Positions 9,027 to 19,342 of a stretch of 64,000 nt of DNA are shown one piece after another. Source of the DNA: Thermoplasmata archaeon (GTDB taxonomy: Archaea; Thermoplasmatota; Thermoplasmata; Methanomassiliicoccales; Methanomethylophilaceae). Below the pieces are notes generated by a model. The model searched no databases, was not told the origin of the DNA, and saw nothing but the letters and a program-made list of their open reading frames with translations. Position numbers and translations under genes: made by a program. The stretch is from the NCBI GenBank assembly GCA_015063285.1, contig SUST01000005.1, forward strand, positions 20,063 to 84,062, written 5' to 3'. Each line of letters starts with the position of its first letter. Within the stretch, counting starts at the first letter, position 1.

Positions 9027-9296
9027 TTTACCACCTTTGTTAGGTTGGATGTATCAAAGCAAGGGTACTTTATAACCCGTTTCAAAATCGAATCTGTGAA
9101 AGCAGATTATAACATTTATAAAGGTTTGGTTAAAACATCCTGGATGATACATTCATCCACCCCCAAAAAATATTGATTTAGTCATCAAACTGCTGGCTTG
9201 CAAAACAACAGGGGTTTAAGCCAAATCTTAACACATGATAAGACCTATGTATAATTGGAAACATATATGTATAATACAATTATTATACAAATCATA

Positions 9297-10808
9297 ATGT
9301 CTTCCATTGTTTACCTTCGGAATTTGAAGACCAATACTATATATGCATATCTCAACGAATCAGTGTGGGATCCTGAAAAGAAGAAGTGTGTAAACAAGAG
9401 AAAGTGCATCGGCCACCTGGATCCTGAAACGGGAGAGATAGTCCCTAACAGGAAGGTAAGGACAAGGGAGTACCCCAGGGTCAAAGGTCATTTCATCTGC
9501 GACATGTTCGACAATATTTCGAAGAACATCAGCCTGTCCGAGACGTTATCTTTGTGTTTCCCTGATAATTGGAAGAAGATAATGTCTGTCGCATATTATC
9601 TCGCTGCGGAAGGGGGCGAACTCCAGTTTTGTAAGCAATGGTCGATAAACAACAAGACGCCCTACAATCAGCCTCTGACACCCAACGTGATCAACGAACT
9701 GCTTGGGAGCATCTCGTCCAACGGGATCTCCCTGTTCTTCACATTATGGAGGCTACGCATACAGCCTGACGAAACATATGTGACTTCTATCGATTTCACC
9801 GAGACAAACTATAACATATCAGATTATATCAGAACCCAGAACATAGAACTGGGAAATCTGAGCAACAGGATGAAGATGGAAATATACTTCGCTACTAAGG
9901 GTAACACGCCCTTATGTTATCAATTATCAAATATGGCGACCGGGCGCAAATTCGGGGATTACGATGTCAGCCCTGCCAGTTTCACGAAGCTATCTTCATT
10001 CCTGGATGAGGAGTTGGGCGAACCGATCGATCCTTCCTTGATTGCGTATGCAAAGAGCAACCTCATCGTCCGTACCCGTCCAGACAATGAATTCGTCAGT
10101 GAGATCATCGAGAAGGCCGAGCCCACGATGACCAACCCTGAGAATTACAGGACCCTGTTCGGTACCCCACTATTCATCGAGACATTCATGCATCATGTGA
10201 ATGGGAAGAAGTTCTATGTCCATGTCTTCTTCGATCCGAACAAGGCTGTCGGCGATCTGTCCACATTCATCTCCATAGTCAACATGTGCAAATACGAATT
10301 GGAGACGGGGAGGGAGAATGAAATCCACAAGGATCTGTATGAACGCTATCTCATTGTGGACGAAGAGAACGGGAAGACAGTCGTGGAGCATAACAGTGAG
10401 GCCATCCTCCATCATAACAAGTTCCTTGGTTATTCGGCCATCATTTCAAATTTCACTAGGAATCCGTCGACTGCGATGGTCCCATTCATCCAGAGAAGGA
10501 CCATCACCAACATGTTCGAGAACATGTACAATGAGTACGATACCTCATCGTTGAACCTGTTCAGCGAAGTGAATCATCTGAGCCGTATCTTCATCCAGTT
10601 TATCGCACTGATCCTGAGGATGGCATCCGAGAACATCATGAACGATAAGAAGCTGAACAAGACGCTGACCTACAAGGAGCTGATTGCTGAGCTGAGGTCG
10701 ATCAAGACGGTAAACGTCCCGAAATTGAAGAAACCTCTGCAGACCGAACTGAGTGACACTCAGTTCCGTATCCTGAATGCATTCAACATCGATTATGATG
10801 TGGAGTGA
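9297..10808 (+). CDS. IS1634/IS4-like transposase-derived protein, catalytic motifs degenerate
   Basis: N-terminus YAYLNESVWDPEKKKCVNKRKCIGHLDPETGEIVP and C-terminus RIFIQFIALIL...LQTELSDTQFRILNAF match IS1634-type transposases; DDE motif positions eroded. Start placed at ATG 9297 (the track begins at TTG 9255). Confidence 0.7.
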   Translation: MSSIVYLRNLKTNTIYAYLNESVWDPEKKKCVNKRKCIGHLDPETGEIVPNRKVRTREYPRVKGHFICDMFDNISKNISLSETLSLCFPDNWKKIMSVAYYLAAEGGELQFCKQWSINNKTPYNQPLTPNVINELLGSISSNGISLFFTLWRLRIQPDETYVTSIDFTETNYNISDYIRTQNIELGNLSNRMKMEIYFATKGNTPLCYQLSNMATGRKFGDYDVSPASFTKLSSFLDEELGEPIDPSLIAYAKSNLIVRTRPDNEFVSEIIEKAEPTMTNPENYRTLFGTPLFIETFMHHVNGKKFYVHVFFDPNKAVGDLSTFISIVNMCKYELETGRENEIHKDLYERYLIVDEENGKTVVEHNSEAILHHNKFLGYSAIISNFTRNPSTAMVPFIQRRTITNMFENMYNEYDTSSLNLFSEVNHLSRIFIQFIALILRMASENIMNDKKLNKTLTYKELIAELRSIKTVNVPKLKKPLQTELSDTQFRILNAFNIDYDVE

Positions 10809-11039
10809 TCAGCAGTATGTGGTTTTGTCGCTGTCGAGGACCTCGTTCCAGAGCCTGATGGTCTCTTGAGCATCTTCTTCATCCATTATCTGGATGGCGA
10901 ATCCTGCATGGATGACGGCCCACATGCCCACTTCGGCCTCGACCATGGATACGTTGGCCTTCCTGGTGACGCCGCCGAAATCGACGTCCGCCATATCGTT
11001 CTCGATCTTCACAATCTTACCGGGAATTGCTAGACACAT
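10809..11039 (-). CDS. hypC: Hydrogenase maturation chaperone HypC
   Basis: MCLAIPGK signature, VIHAGFAI. Confidence 0.95.
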   Translation of the reverse strand: MCLAIPGKIVKIENDMADVDFGGVTRKANVSMVEAEVGMWAVIHAGFAIQIMDEEDAQETIRLWNEVLDSDKTTYC

Positions 11040-11043
11040 GGTA

Positions 11044-11415
11044 TCACTCTGTCATGATCTTGAGGATCGCCTCTGCAGGCTGTCCGTCAGTGGCTGTGAG
11101 GGCCTCGATGGCCTTCTCCCTGTCGCATCCTGTCTGACTCATGACAAGGTCCACATCGGACGAGGCAAAATCGACTGTAGGTGCGGATTCCTCCTGACCG
11201 CCCGAACTGAGGGGTCTGACGGTTTCGGGGCCTGAGATCTGATAGCTCTTGGAGCCTCCCATCTCGACGCAGACGACATCAGCACCCTTGAGGACAATCT
11301 CGTTGGTCTTTGTCCTGATGACAACTTCGACAACATCGTTGATGCTGTTCTGCTTGATGCCCATCTGCTTCATGGCCTTCTGCATCTGGCGAGGGTTGAT
11401 CTTCATTCCGCCCAT
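11044..11415 (-). CDS. nac: Nascent polypeptide-associated complex protein
   Basis: NPRQMQKAMKQMG, SYQISG, C-terminal UBA-like DVDLVMSQTG...AEAILKI. Confidence 0.92.
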   Translation of the reverse strand: MGGMKINPRQMQKAMKQMGIKQNSINDVVEVVIRTKTNEIVLKGADVVCVEMGGSKSYQISGPETVRPLSSGGQEESAPTVDFASSDVDLVMSQTGCDREKAIEALTATDGQPAEAILKIMTE

Positions 11416-11445
11416 ATTACTCCCTCATTGAGTCCTATTTTATAT

Positions 11446-12624
11446 TTATAGCGAAGACACGACCGCTTCCTTCAAAGCTTTCAGCACATCGTCAGCTTTT
11501 GATGTATCGGGGACCCCTCCCTGGGAGAAGTCCGGTTTGCCTCCGCCCCTTCCTCCGAATTGAGAAAGAACATCGCCCAGGGTCTTCTTGCAGTCTACAG
11601 CCTTGCAGCCGGATGCCAGCATCACAGAGAGCGTCTCCGATACGGACACAAATATAGCAACGCCTCCCTTGGACCTGATGGATTCCATGGTGTCGTTCAG
11701 TACGTTCCTGTCCCCTCCGGGGATGATGGCAGCATATATCTCCGTTCCTTTGATATTCTCGGACACCAGATTCTTCACGATCTGTTTGGTGGCATCCTTG
11801 AGCAGCCTGTCTTTCAGCTCGGAGCCGTGCTTCATGTTGGCCACGGCCTTGGCCGCATCCTCGTTCTTGCACCCTATGACGTCGATGACCTCCAGTGCGA
11901 TGTTGGAAAGCCCTATGGCCGCTTTCTTGGCCGCCTCTCCGACCTTGAAATGGATCTCGTACCCATCCTTTCCGGCTTTGACCTTACGGTCCACGACCAG
12001 CATCCCCAATTCGGAAGTCTCCAAGACATGGACTCCGCTGCATGCGGAATAATCGATGTCCCCGATCGCCACGACGGTTATCTCCTCGTCCTCGCCGATC
12101 CTGTCAAGTTTTATCCTGACCTTCTCAAGTTCAGGGTCGTCCCTGTCCATGATGATGTGCGTGATGGACAGGTTGTCGGCAATCGCCTTGTTGGCAAAGT
12201 CCTCTGCAGCCCTTATCTGGTCCCATGTGAGGTCCTGGTTTACGATGACGTATTTCGTTTCGGGGGAGATGAAGATCTTCACGATGCCGAGCCCCTCGCA
12301 CTGCCTTTGCAGCGAACCGAACAGGAGGTGTTCGCCGGTATGCCCCTGCATGAGATCGTAGCGTCTGTCCCAATCCACTTGGCACCAGACGATCTCCCCG
12401 ACCTTTAGGTCGTTACCCGGACACTTATGTACGATATCGTTGTCCTTGTTGTAGAAGACCTCCGTGACCTTGCAGTTGTGGATCATTCCCGTATCGCAGA
12501 CCTGTCCGCCCCCTCCGGGGTAGAACGCGGTGCAGTCCAGGATAACATCGTCTCCGTTAACGGAGACTACGTGCGCCTCGAAATCGAAAATGTATCCGTC
12601 ATGTCTGAAGATCTCGTCAGTCAT
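11446..12624 (-). CDS. alaX: Alanyl-tRNA editing protein (AlaX) with C-terminal DHHA1 domain
   Basis: TAFYPGGGGQVCDTG, HTGEH and CSGVH zinc motifs, C-terminal GRGGGKPDFSQGG. Confidence 0.88.
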   Translation of the reverse strand: MTDEIFRHDGYIFDFEAHVVSVNGDDVILDCTAFYPGGGGQVCDTGMIHNCKVTEVFYNKDNDIVHKCPGNDLKVGEIVWCQVDWDRRYDLMQGHTGEHLLFGSLQRQCEGLGIVKIFISPETKYVIVNQDLTWDQIRAAEDFANKAIADNLSITHIIMDRDDPELEKVRIKLDRIGEDEEITVVAIGDIDYSACSGVHVLETSELGMLVVDRKVKAGKDGYEIHFKVGEAAKKAAIGLSNIALEVIDVIGCKNEDAAKAVANMKHGSELKDRLLKDATKQIVKNLVSENIKGTEIYAAIIPGGDRNVLNDTMESIRSKGGVAIFVSVSETLSVMLASGCKAVDCKKTLGDVLSQFGGRGGGKPDFSQGGVPDTSKADDVLKALKEAVVSSL

Positions 12625-12731
12625 CGTATCTGTCCGGACGAACAGGTCCGAGTAATAAAAATAAGTCGTTTGGAAAAAGTTTTCTGTGTCCCCTGCATAG
12701 AGACACAGGATCGCCTCCCGGCGTATCGGGG

Positions 12732-13973
12732 TTATCCTATCGACGTGTTGCGGTAGATAAATTCCACGATAACCGGGGTGCCGTTGGATTCGGTCATGAT
12801 CGCGAAGACCATTATTCCCGTTTCCGAATTGTAGCTTCCGAAACCTCCTCCGGTCATGGGGACCTTGCCATCCACCAGTCCTTGGAAGACACAGTATACG
12901 AAGTATTCTGCCGGAGCCTGCGTGTGCATCGAGAAACCATACATCTTGACATCATATTTGCCATAGACCCCTATGAAGTGTCCAGGGGTGTAGAAGGCAG
13001 TGCCGTAGGTCCTTTCGAACGAAACGGTTCCCGTCGCGCCGAGTTTGGAGACCCCTGCTTTCGTGAAGACGGTGGTGTCGATCAACTCCAGATCCATTCC
13101 TGTCGTGAACACAGGTTTCTCTATTTTGGGCAAGGAGGCATCATAGACCTGGGTGTAATTCCTCTGGGCCGAGATCAGTCCCTCGATGCTTGCGGTATCG
13201 GACGTATCCACGGCCGACATGGTTATGGTGCTTCCGTTGTAGGTGAGGCTCCACATGATGTCGGTGTCATCGAGCACCAGCGCCAGGAGATATCCTGTAG
13301 TCTTGTCGAAATCTATGATGACTCCAGCCAGGGACTTGGTGGAGATGGCCGTACCTACAGACTGCTCCATCTCGCCCTTGAATATCGGGCCGCTGTTCTC
13401 CAGCATGTAGAGGCTCTTACCTCTGAGCTCAGCTGTCGTGGTGTCGGACACTGCGCCTCCGTCATGGAGAACCCATTTCTGATGGGGGATTTGGTAATCC
13501 CAATCCAGCCATGTCGGGACTATGTTGTTCTTGGTATACACGCTTGAACTGATGTATGTCTGCAAGGTCGAGCTTTTAGATATGAATATCTCGTTCACCA
13601 CGATGCATTCGCCGTAGCAGGTGGAGATGCTCAGGAACGATCCGTTCTCAGCCTCGTAACTCCACATTATACGGTCCCCGGCACGGAATGCCAGGAATTC
13701 ATACCCTCTCTGGGAGCATATTAGATAGTGCTTCGGGTCAGCCGTGTACTCCGTGTATTCACGAATGGTCAGGTCGTTCGACGCGAATGTGGTCGTGATC
13801 TTCGCTCCGTCGTAGTAACCCTTCGTCTCTGTCTGATGCCACAATCCTTCTGCAGAGGCCCCCGAAACCGGGCCTGTCTTCTCATCCTCGCCGGTGTTCG
13901 CACAGAGTGCAATCACCACACAGGCCACGAGGGTGACCGTTACCAGAGCTATCTTGGATTTGTCGGAGATCAT
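12732..13973 (-). CDS. Secreted/membrane-anchored hypothetical protein (beta-rich)
   Basis: N-terminal hydrophobic anchor (IALVTVTLVACVVIALCA); S/T/G/Y-rich; 4-bp overlap with mscS. Confidence 0.65.
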   Translation of the reverse strand: MISDKSKIALVTVTLVACVVIALCANTGEDEKTGPVSGASAEGLWHQTETKGYYDGAKITTTFASNDLTIREYTEYTADPKHYLICSQRGYEFLAFRAGDRIMWSYEAENGSFLSISTCYGECIVVNEIFISKSSTLQTYISSSVYTKNNIVPTWLDWDYQIPHQKWVLHDGGAVSDTTTAELRGKSLYMLENSGPIFKGEMEQSVGTAISTKSLAGVIIDFDKTTGYLLALVLDDTDIMWSLTYNGSTITMSAVDTSDTASIEGLISAQRNYTQVYDASLPKIEKPVFTTGMDLELIDTTVFTKAGVSKLGATGTVSFERTYGTAFYTPGHFIGVYGKYDVKMYGFSMHTQAPAEYFVYCVFQGLVDGKVPMTGGGFGSYNSETGIMVFAIMTESNGTPVIVEFIYRNTSIG

Positions 13974-14905
13974 GATTTCGCCTCCATTGCCGTTGCTCTC
14001 TTCTCATCCCTTATGTAGAAGTCGGGACCTCCGTTGGGTAGCATTCCATGTTCGCGCAGCGTTCTGGAGACATTCCTTATGAGGTCGCTGACCACGTCGT
14101 CATAGTAGTGGACGTCGTCCAGATATGCCTGAAGTTTTGTCCTCACTCCGTCCTGGTCGAATTCCATGAACTGGACGTTCGGTTTGGGCAGACTTCCGTC
14201 GATCACGATATGGTCCACGCCGTATGCGGAGGACTTCAATAGTTCATAGAGTTCGTCAAGGTCCATGCTTTCGACTTTGAAGTGCATGATGAGGTCTATG
14301 CAGTAGCTCTTGGCATCAGCCGTCATGTTGCGGACCACGGATTGTGCGACCACATCGTTCGGCATGATGACGATCTCCGCGTTCTCCATGCTCATGAATG
14401 TGGTCGTCATCATACCTATCGACTGAACGATCAGCCTGGTATCGCTGTCGCGTAGACGGACTACATCGCCGGTCTTTAGACTGCGCGTGAGCATGATGCC
14501 GAATCCGCTGAAGAACTGCTGCAGAGTGGACTGGGCACCGAATGAGATTGCTAATCCCACGATTCCCAAACTGGTGACGATGACCATCAGATTGACTCCG
14601 AAGTTGTCCATGATAACGTAGGTAAATGACAGGATGATCACCAGATTCATCATGACCGATAGGATCGGGTACACAGACGATTTGGACCCGTCCGTTGTGG
14701 AGTCGTCTATCCAACCAAGGACCCTGATCAGGACCAGTCTGGCGACCAGCAGGACGATGAAACAGAAAATCACCATCATTATTGTGTACACGATGTAGTT
14801 GAATATCGTGATGCTGTAGGGGGACATACCTAGAATGCGTGCGCATTCGGCCAGCCCCAATATCAGGATGAGGACGAAAATTGCCCTTCCTGTATCGAAC
14901 TTCAT
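13970..14905 (-). CDS. mscS: Small-conductance mechanosensitive channel MscS family
   Basis: SLGIVGLAISFGAQSTLQQFFSG TM3 motif, GDVVRL, IVIMPN. Confidence 0.9.
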   Translation of the reverse strand: MKFDTGRAIFVLILILGLAECARILGMSPYSITIFNYIVYTIMMVIFCFIVLLVARLVLIRVLGWIDDSTTDGSKSSVYPILSVMMNLVIILSFTYVIMDNFGVNLMVIVTSLGIVGLAISFGAQSTLQQFFSGFGIMLTRSLKTGDVVRLRDSDTRLIVQSIGMMTTTFMSMENAEIVIMPNDVVAQSVVRNMTADAKSYCIDLIMHFKVESMDLDELYELLKSSAYGVDHIVIDGSLPKPNVQFMEFDQDGVRTKLQAYLDDVHYYDDVVSDLIRNVSRTLREHGMLPNGGPDFYIRDEKRATAMEAKS

Positions 14906-15930
14906 AATTCCTCATCCTCCTTGAGATACTTGCGCACGATCAGCGGTATGAGTTTCAGGCCGATCAGATACGCCAAGCAGACGAAAGCGATCATCGTGAT
15001 CAGAGCGGAGAACCAGGATTGCCCGAATATCCACGGAAGGTCGTTCTCGAAGTATCCGAAGAAACGGTTGTAGTTGTCATCGCTTATGATGTCGGATTTG
15101 ACAGACACTGAAAGCACATTCGATGCATCGGATTCGATGACCATCCCCCTTTCAGGGTCGTTTATCATTATCTTGAAGGAAATGTCGTAATCATCCTCTT
15201 CCGCGTACTGGTCAACACCTATGTTCATCAGACAGTAGCCCAGTTCTTCAGCTTTGAGAAGCACTCTCTGCCCTTCCGGGAACGTTATCGAGATCTCTTT
15301 GCTGACGTCGGGGTAGACGTAGACGACTATCGATCTATCCTTCAGTGTGTTCTTGACGTCCAGATACAGCGAAGCCGATTCGCCGGCGTTGATCTCCATC
15401 ACACCTATCGAGGAGGAGATCGAGACATCGTCCGCTTGGGCATAATAGATGCCTTTGGAATTGGTTACATGGATATTGATCGGTACAGAGGATATCGCAG
15501 ATTCGTCAGGTGAAATGTTCGTCGGGTCGTGGGATCTGAATCTGAATGAGAAATCGTATGCATCCACATCGCATTCTACGGAGGGGGAGATGTTCGCTCT
15601 GAAGTATCCGCTGCCTCCTCCTTTCAGATATGTTCTGTCTCCGGGGGATCCATCCTCGCTCTCTGTAAAGGTCAGGAGAATGTCGCCGTAGGTCTTCAGC
15701 GGTTCGATGTATACAACACGGTCGCTCGAACCAGTGTTATACAGATCGAAGTAGATTGCGCTGGTTTCCCCCAACTCGACCGACAGGTCGAGTGTAGAAG
15801 CCGTTACTGTGATGCCATCCATCTCGGCGATATGGTCGGCATCTGTTTCGGAGACCGGCACTGACAATAAGCCAAAAATCGCAAATGCGACGACAAGCAG
15901 TGCGGTGACTCTTCCGCTTGGTATGCTCAT
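14902..15930 (-). CDS. Secreted protein with two Ig-like repeats and C-terminal TM
   Basis: Signal peptide; duplicated domain (ITVTASTLDLSVELGETSAIYFDLYN...YDFSFRFRSHDP and VSISSSIGVMEINAGESASLYLDVKN...YDISFKIMINDP); C-terminal TM; ATGA overlap with mscS. Confidence 0.7.
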   Translation of the reverse strand: MSIPSGRVTALLVVAFAIFGLLSVPVSETDADHIAEMDGITVTASTLDLSVELGETSAIYFDLYNTGSSDRVVYIEPLKTYGDILLTFTESEDGSPGDRTYLKGGGSGYFRANISPSVECDVDAYDFSFRFRSHDPTNISPDESAISSVPINIHVTNSKGIYYAQADDVSISSSIGVMEINAGESASLYLDVKNTLKDRSIVVYVYPDVSKEISITFPEGQRVLLKAEELGYCLMNIGVDQYAEEDDYDISFKIMINDPERGMVIESDASNVLSVSVKSDIISDDNYNRFFGYFENDLPWIFGQSWFSALITMIAFVCLAYLIGLKLIPLIVRKYLKEDEEL

Positions 15931-16045
15931 ATGAACAAATCTTTTTATTAGTATTTAACAAGGTTTAGGATACCAGAAAACTGACGCGTGCCCTTTTGTT
16001 TTTATAGGTCCTTATTAGTAGCGTGCGATTGTAAGAGGCGCTCTT

Positions 16046-17866
16046 ATGAGAAGAACAAACACCTGTGGTGAACTAAGAATTTCCGATCTCGGAAAGAAGG
16101 TATGCCTACAGGGTTGGGTCAGGTTTTCCAGGGACCACGGCGGAGTACAATTCATCGATCTCGCCGACAGGTACGGAATAACACAGGTCGTTTTCGACCC
16201 TGAGGACCTCCCTGCAGGAACAGATGCGAAGCAGCTTGAAGCGGTTATCAACACCTTCACACGCGAATGCGTCATATCCGTCGACGGAATCGTTAGGAAT
16301 AGGGTAGAGGGCACAGAGGATGCCAGGAACCCCACGGGAAAGATAGAGGTTCTCATCACCGGAGCGGAGCTGCTCAACACGTGTGCCATCCCTCCATTCG
16401 AGATCGGAGATCAGAAAGAGGGAGTTCTCCCCAACGAGGACACCAGACTGAAGTACAGATATCTGGACCTCAGGAGGACCGAGATGATCCAGGCCATGGT
16501 GTTCAGGAGCAAGCTCGTACACCTGGCCAGGCAGTATCTCGAGCAGAACGGTTTCCTCGAGATCGAGACTCCCATTCTGGGAAGGTCCACTCCTGAAGGA
16601 GCAAGGGATTACATCGTCCCCTCAAGGATACACCCCGGAACGTTCTATGCGCTGCCCCAGTCGCCTCAGCAGTTCAAGCAGATGCTCATGGTCGCTTCCA
16701 TGGACCGCTACTACCAGGTGGCAAGGTGCTTCCGTGACGAGGATTCCAGGAAGGACCGTCAGCCCGAGTTCACACAGCTGGACCTAGAGATGTCATTCGT
16801 GGACATGAAGGACATCCAGGACATGATGGAAGGGCTGATGTCATACATCTGGAAAGGATTGTACAACGAGGAACTCAAGACTCCCTTCCCCCACATCGCA
16901 TACCGCGATGCGATGGAGAGGTTCGGTTCCGACAAGCCCGATATGAGATACGGACTCGAGTTCGTGAAGCTGACAGAAGTCGTCAAGGACGCTCCCTACA
17001 AGATCTTCCAGAACATCTTGGCCAACGGCGGAATCGTCGCAGGTATCAACCTGAAGGCGGACGTCGCCGGCGACAAGGTCGGAAGGAACGATGTCGACCG
17101 TTACATCGCATACGCGAAGAAGGTCGGACTGGGAGGACTCACATGGATGAGGTGCGTCAACGGTCAGTTGGAATCCAACATCGTGAAGTACTTCACACCT
17201 GAGATCCTGGACAACATCAAGAAGACCATGGGTGCCGAGGAAGGGGACCTAATATTCATCATCGCAGGACCCTGGAAGGCAACATACGAGAGCGGAGGAT
17301 TCCTCAGGAAGAAGATCGCTGAGGACCTCGGACTAGTCCCCGAGAACGAATTCCAATTCTTCTGGATGGACCAGTGCCCCATGTTCGAGATCGACCCCGT
17401 GTCCGGAAAGTATGACGCATTCCACCACCCGTTCGTCCTTCCCGAGAACGATCTGGATGACGATTACGTCGGAGGAGCCTGTTTCGACCTCTGTCTGAAC
17501 GGAAACGAGCTCGGATCCGGTTCACTCCGTATCCACAACGCCGAGAAACAGATCGAGGTCTTCCACAAGCTCGGTCTGGACGATGAGAGGATCGAGAGGA
17601 ACTTCGGATACTTCGTCGAGATGCTCAGTTACGGTGCACCTCCCCATGGAGGTATCGCCATCGGTATCGACAGGATATGCGCTATCCTGCTCAACAAGGA
17701 TTCCATCAGGGACGTCATCGCATTCCCCAAGAACAAGAGGGCAGTGTCCCTCCTGGACGGTTCCCCGTCCAAGGTCGATGACGACAAGCTCGAGGAGCTG
17801 CAGATCATCTCCCTCGCAGGAGAGGACCTGGATCTCTCAGAGTACGAAGACACTCCTGAGGAGTGA
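16046..17866 (+). CDS. aspS: Aspartyl-tRNA synthetase, bacterial type with GAD insert, likely non-discriminating
   Basis: RDHGG, YALPQSPQQFKQMLMV, QVARCFRDED, GAPPHGGIAIGIDR; 606 aa with GAD domain. Confidence 0.95.
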   Translation: MRRTNTCGELRISDLGKKVCLQGWVRFSRDHGGVQFIDLADRYGITQVVFDPEDLPAGTDAKQLEAVINTFTRECVISVDGIVRNRVEGTEDARNPTGKIEVLITGAELLNTCAIPPFEIGDQKEGVLPNEDTRLKYRYLDLRRTEMIQAMVFRSKLVHLARQYLEQNGFLEIETPILGRSTPEGARDYIVPSRIHPGTFYALPQSPQQFKQMLMVASMDRYYQVARCFRDEDSRKDRQPEFTQLDLEMSFVDMKDIQDMMEGLMSYIWKGLYNEELKTPFPHIAYRDAMERFGSDKPDMRYGLEFVKLTEVVKDAPYKIFQNILANGGIVAGINLKADVAGDKVGRNDVDRYIAYAKKVGLGGLTWMRCVNGQLESNIVKYFTPEILDNIKKTMGAEEGDLIFIIAGPWKATYESGGFLRKKIAEDLGLVPENEFQFFWMDQCPMFEIDPVSGKYDAFHHPFVLPENDLDDDYVGGACFDLCLNGNELGSGSLRIHNAEKQIEVFHKLGLDDERIERNFGYFVEMLSYGAPPHGGIAIGIDRICAILLNKDSIRDVIAFPKNKRAVSLLDGSPSKVDDDKLEELQIISLAGEDLDLSEYEDTPEE

Positions 17867-17874
17867 GAAACATT

Positions 17875-18831
17875 TCAGGGCCTTCGGGCCCTTTCTTCTG
17901 ACTTTTTCAATCTGTATCCAGCTGTTATCGAGAGTATAGGCAGTTCGATCAAAGGTGCGATTACAAGCACCAAAAGCAGCAATGTGGATTCAGGGAACGC
18001 GGCCACTGCGATCGCCAAAGACAGCGGCGAGTTCCTAGCCATGCTGGTGAATATCAGCGATGTGGTATCGGCGGTATCGAACTTCTGGACTTTGGCGACG
18101 GATCCAGCGACTATGTAATTCACCAGGAAGAAAGCGAGTAACGGCATGATCAGCATCAGGAATAGATTCAGGTTGTCCATCAGTTCTTCGCTCTGTGAAG
18201 CGAACATCGCCATGATCGCCAGGCAAAGGAAGAATAGCTGGAGATTGTCCCCGTTATTGTTCATGGCATTCCCAAATCTCTCGAACAGGGACAGTCTGGG
18301 CATCAGTGCTTTTACGATCACCGCCGCCGTAAGAGGGATTACGAGGACGATGACCATGCTTGTCAGGAGTCCAGGAATATCCATAGATATCTGCGTGTTG
18401 AAGAACAGCACAAGATAGACGGGCATCAGGACTATCTGTAATACGAGGTTCAGAGGCAGCAGTGCACTGCTCAGAGGCACATTTCCTTTTGCCGCAGCAG
18501 TGAAGACCAGATACCAGTCTGTACAGGGTGTTACGAGCAGCATCAGCAGTCCGATCCTTACGTCAATATCGGTGAAGAGCAGCCCCAAGATTATGGAGAA
18601 TATAGGGGTCCAGATGAAGTTGATGAGGACGGCGGACAATGTGAAACGTTTGTTGGAGAACGACTTTCCAATGTCACGTATGCTCACGCACATGAACACG
18701 GAGAAGAGCATGACCATCAGGAACGGTTCTATGAGCTGCGATGCATCACCGCAGTCGAACAGTAAGCCTGCCACCAGACCGATTATCGCTGCTGAAAGCA
18801 TGATCAGCGGATGCAGGAATGCGTTGTCCAT
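17875..18831 (-). CDS. ACR3/SBF (arsenite or bile acid:Na+ symporter) family transporter
   Basis: About 10 TM; VTPCTDWYLVFT, GNVPLS, ARNSPLSLAIA, PLIELP motifs. Confidence 0.85.
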   Translation of the reverse strand: MDNAFLHPLIMLSAAIIGLVAGLLFDCGDASQLIEPFLMVMLFSVFMCVSIRDIGKSFSNKRFTLSAVLINFIWTPIFSIILGLLFTDIDVRIGLLMLLVTPCTDWYLVFTAAAKGNVPLSSALLPLNLVLQIVLMPVYLVLFFNTQISMDIPGLLTSMVIVLVIPLTAAVIVKALMPRLSLFERFGNAMNNNGDNLQLFFLCLAIMAMFASQSEELMDNLNLFLMLIMPLLAFFLVNYIVAGSVAKVQKFDTADTTSLIFTSMARNSPLSLAIAVAAFPESTLLLLVLVIAPLIELPILSITAGYRLKKSEERARRP

Positions 18832-18898
18832 GGTAATGGAGCGATTCCTGAGATAATAAAGGTGGTCAGTTATATTCTACTACTGACCTTCACTAAGT

Positions 18899-19312
18899 AT
18901 GGAAAACAAGAATATCATTGCTATAATCGTCGTGATTCTTGCCATCGAGGTCATTTTGGCAGGTTTAGTGATCCATGTAATGTTAGATGACAGCGGCAGT
19001 GGAGATGAGGACGCATTCACGCTGTATATCGGGCTCAATGATTCAGTAACGCATGAGGACTACGACCCTGATGTAGCCGCGGAATGGATCGACGAAATCG
19101 TTCTAAAGTATTCGGATGGTCTCACTCGTTATTTGGCAAACGGGGCATACACTTATGATGATGGAACCGTCACTCACGAGAATTCGCTGGTGTACATTCT
19201 CGTCGGAGTTTCAATTGACGATATCCATAAGATATGCGACGAGGTAAAGGAGAAACTTCATCAGTCATCCATTCTTATCACGGTGGAAAAGAAGGCCTCA
19301 GTGTTTTATTAA
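18899..19312 (+). CDS. Membrane-anchored DUF3574-like protein
   Basis: N-terminal TM, then FTLYIGLND...GLT...ANGAY...ENSL...LHQSSILI. Confidence 0.55.
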   Translation: MENKNIIAIIVVILAIEVILAGLVIHVMLDDSGSGDEDAFTLYIGLNDSVTHEDYDPDVAAEWIDEIVLKYSDGLTRYLANGAYTYDDGTVTHENSLVYILVGVSIDDIHKICDEVKEKLHQSSILITVEKKASVFY

Positions 19313-19342
19313 AGGGAAAGGGGCCAGCAGCCCCATCCCGTT

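Noticed and set aside
9027-10830. Active IS element around the transposase-like gene
   Set aside because: No terminal inverted repeats or target duplication visible; the ORF abuts hypC; catalytic residues appear lost.
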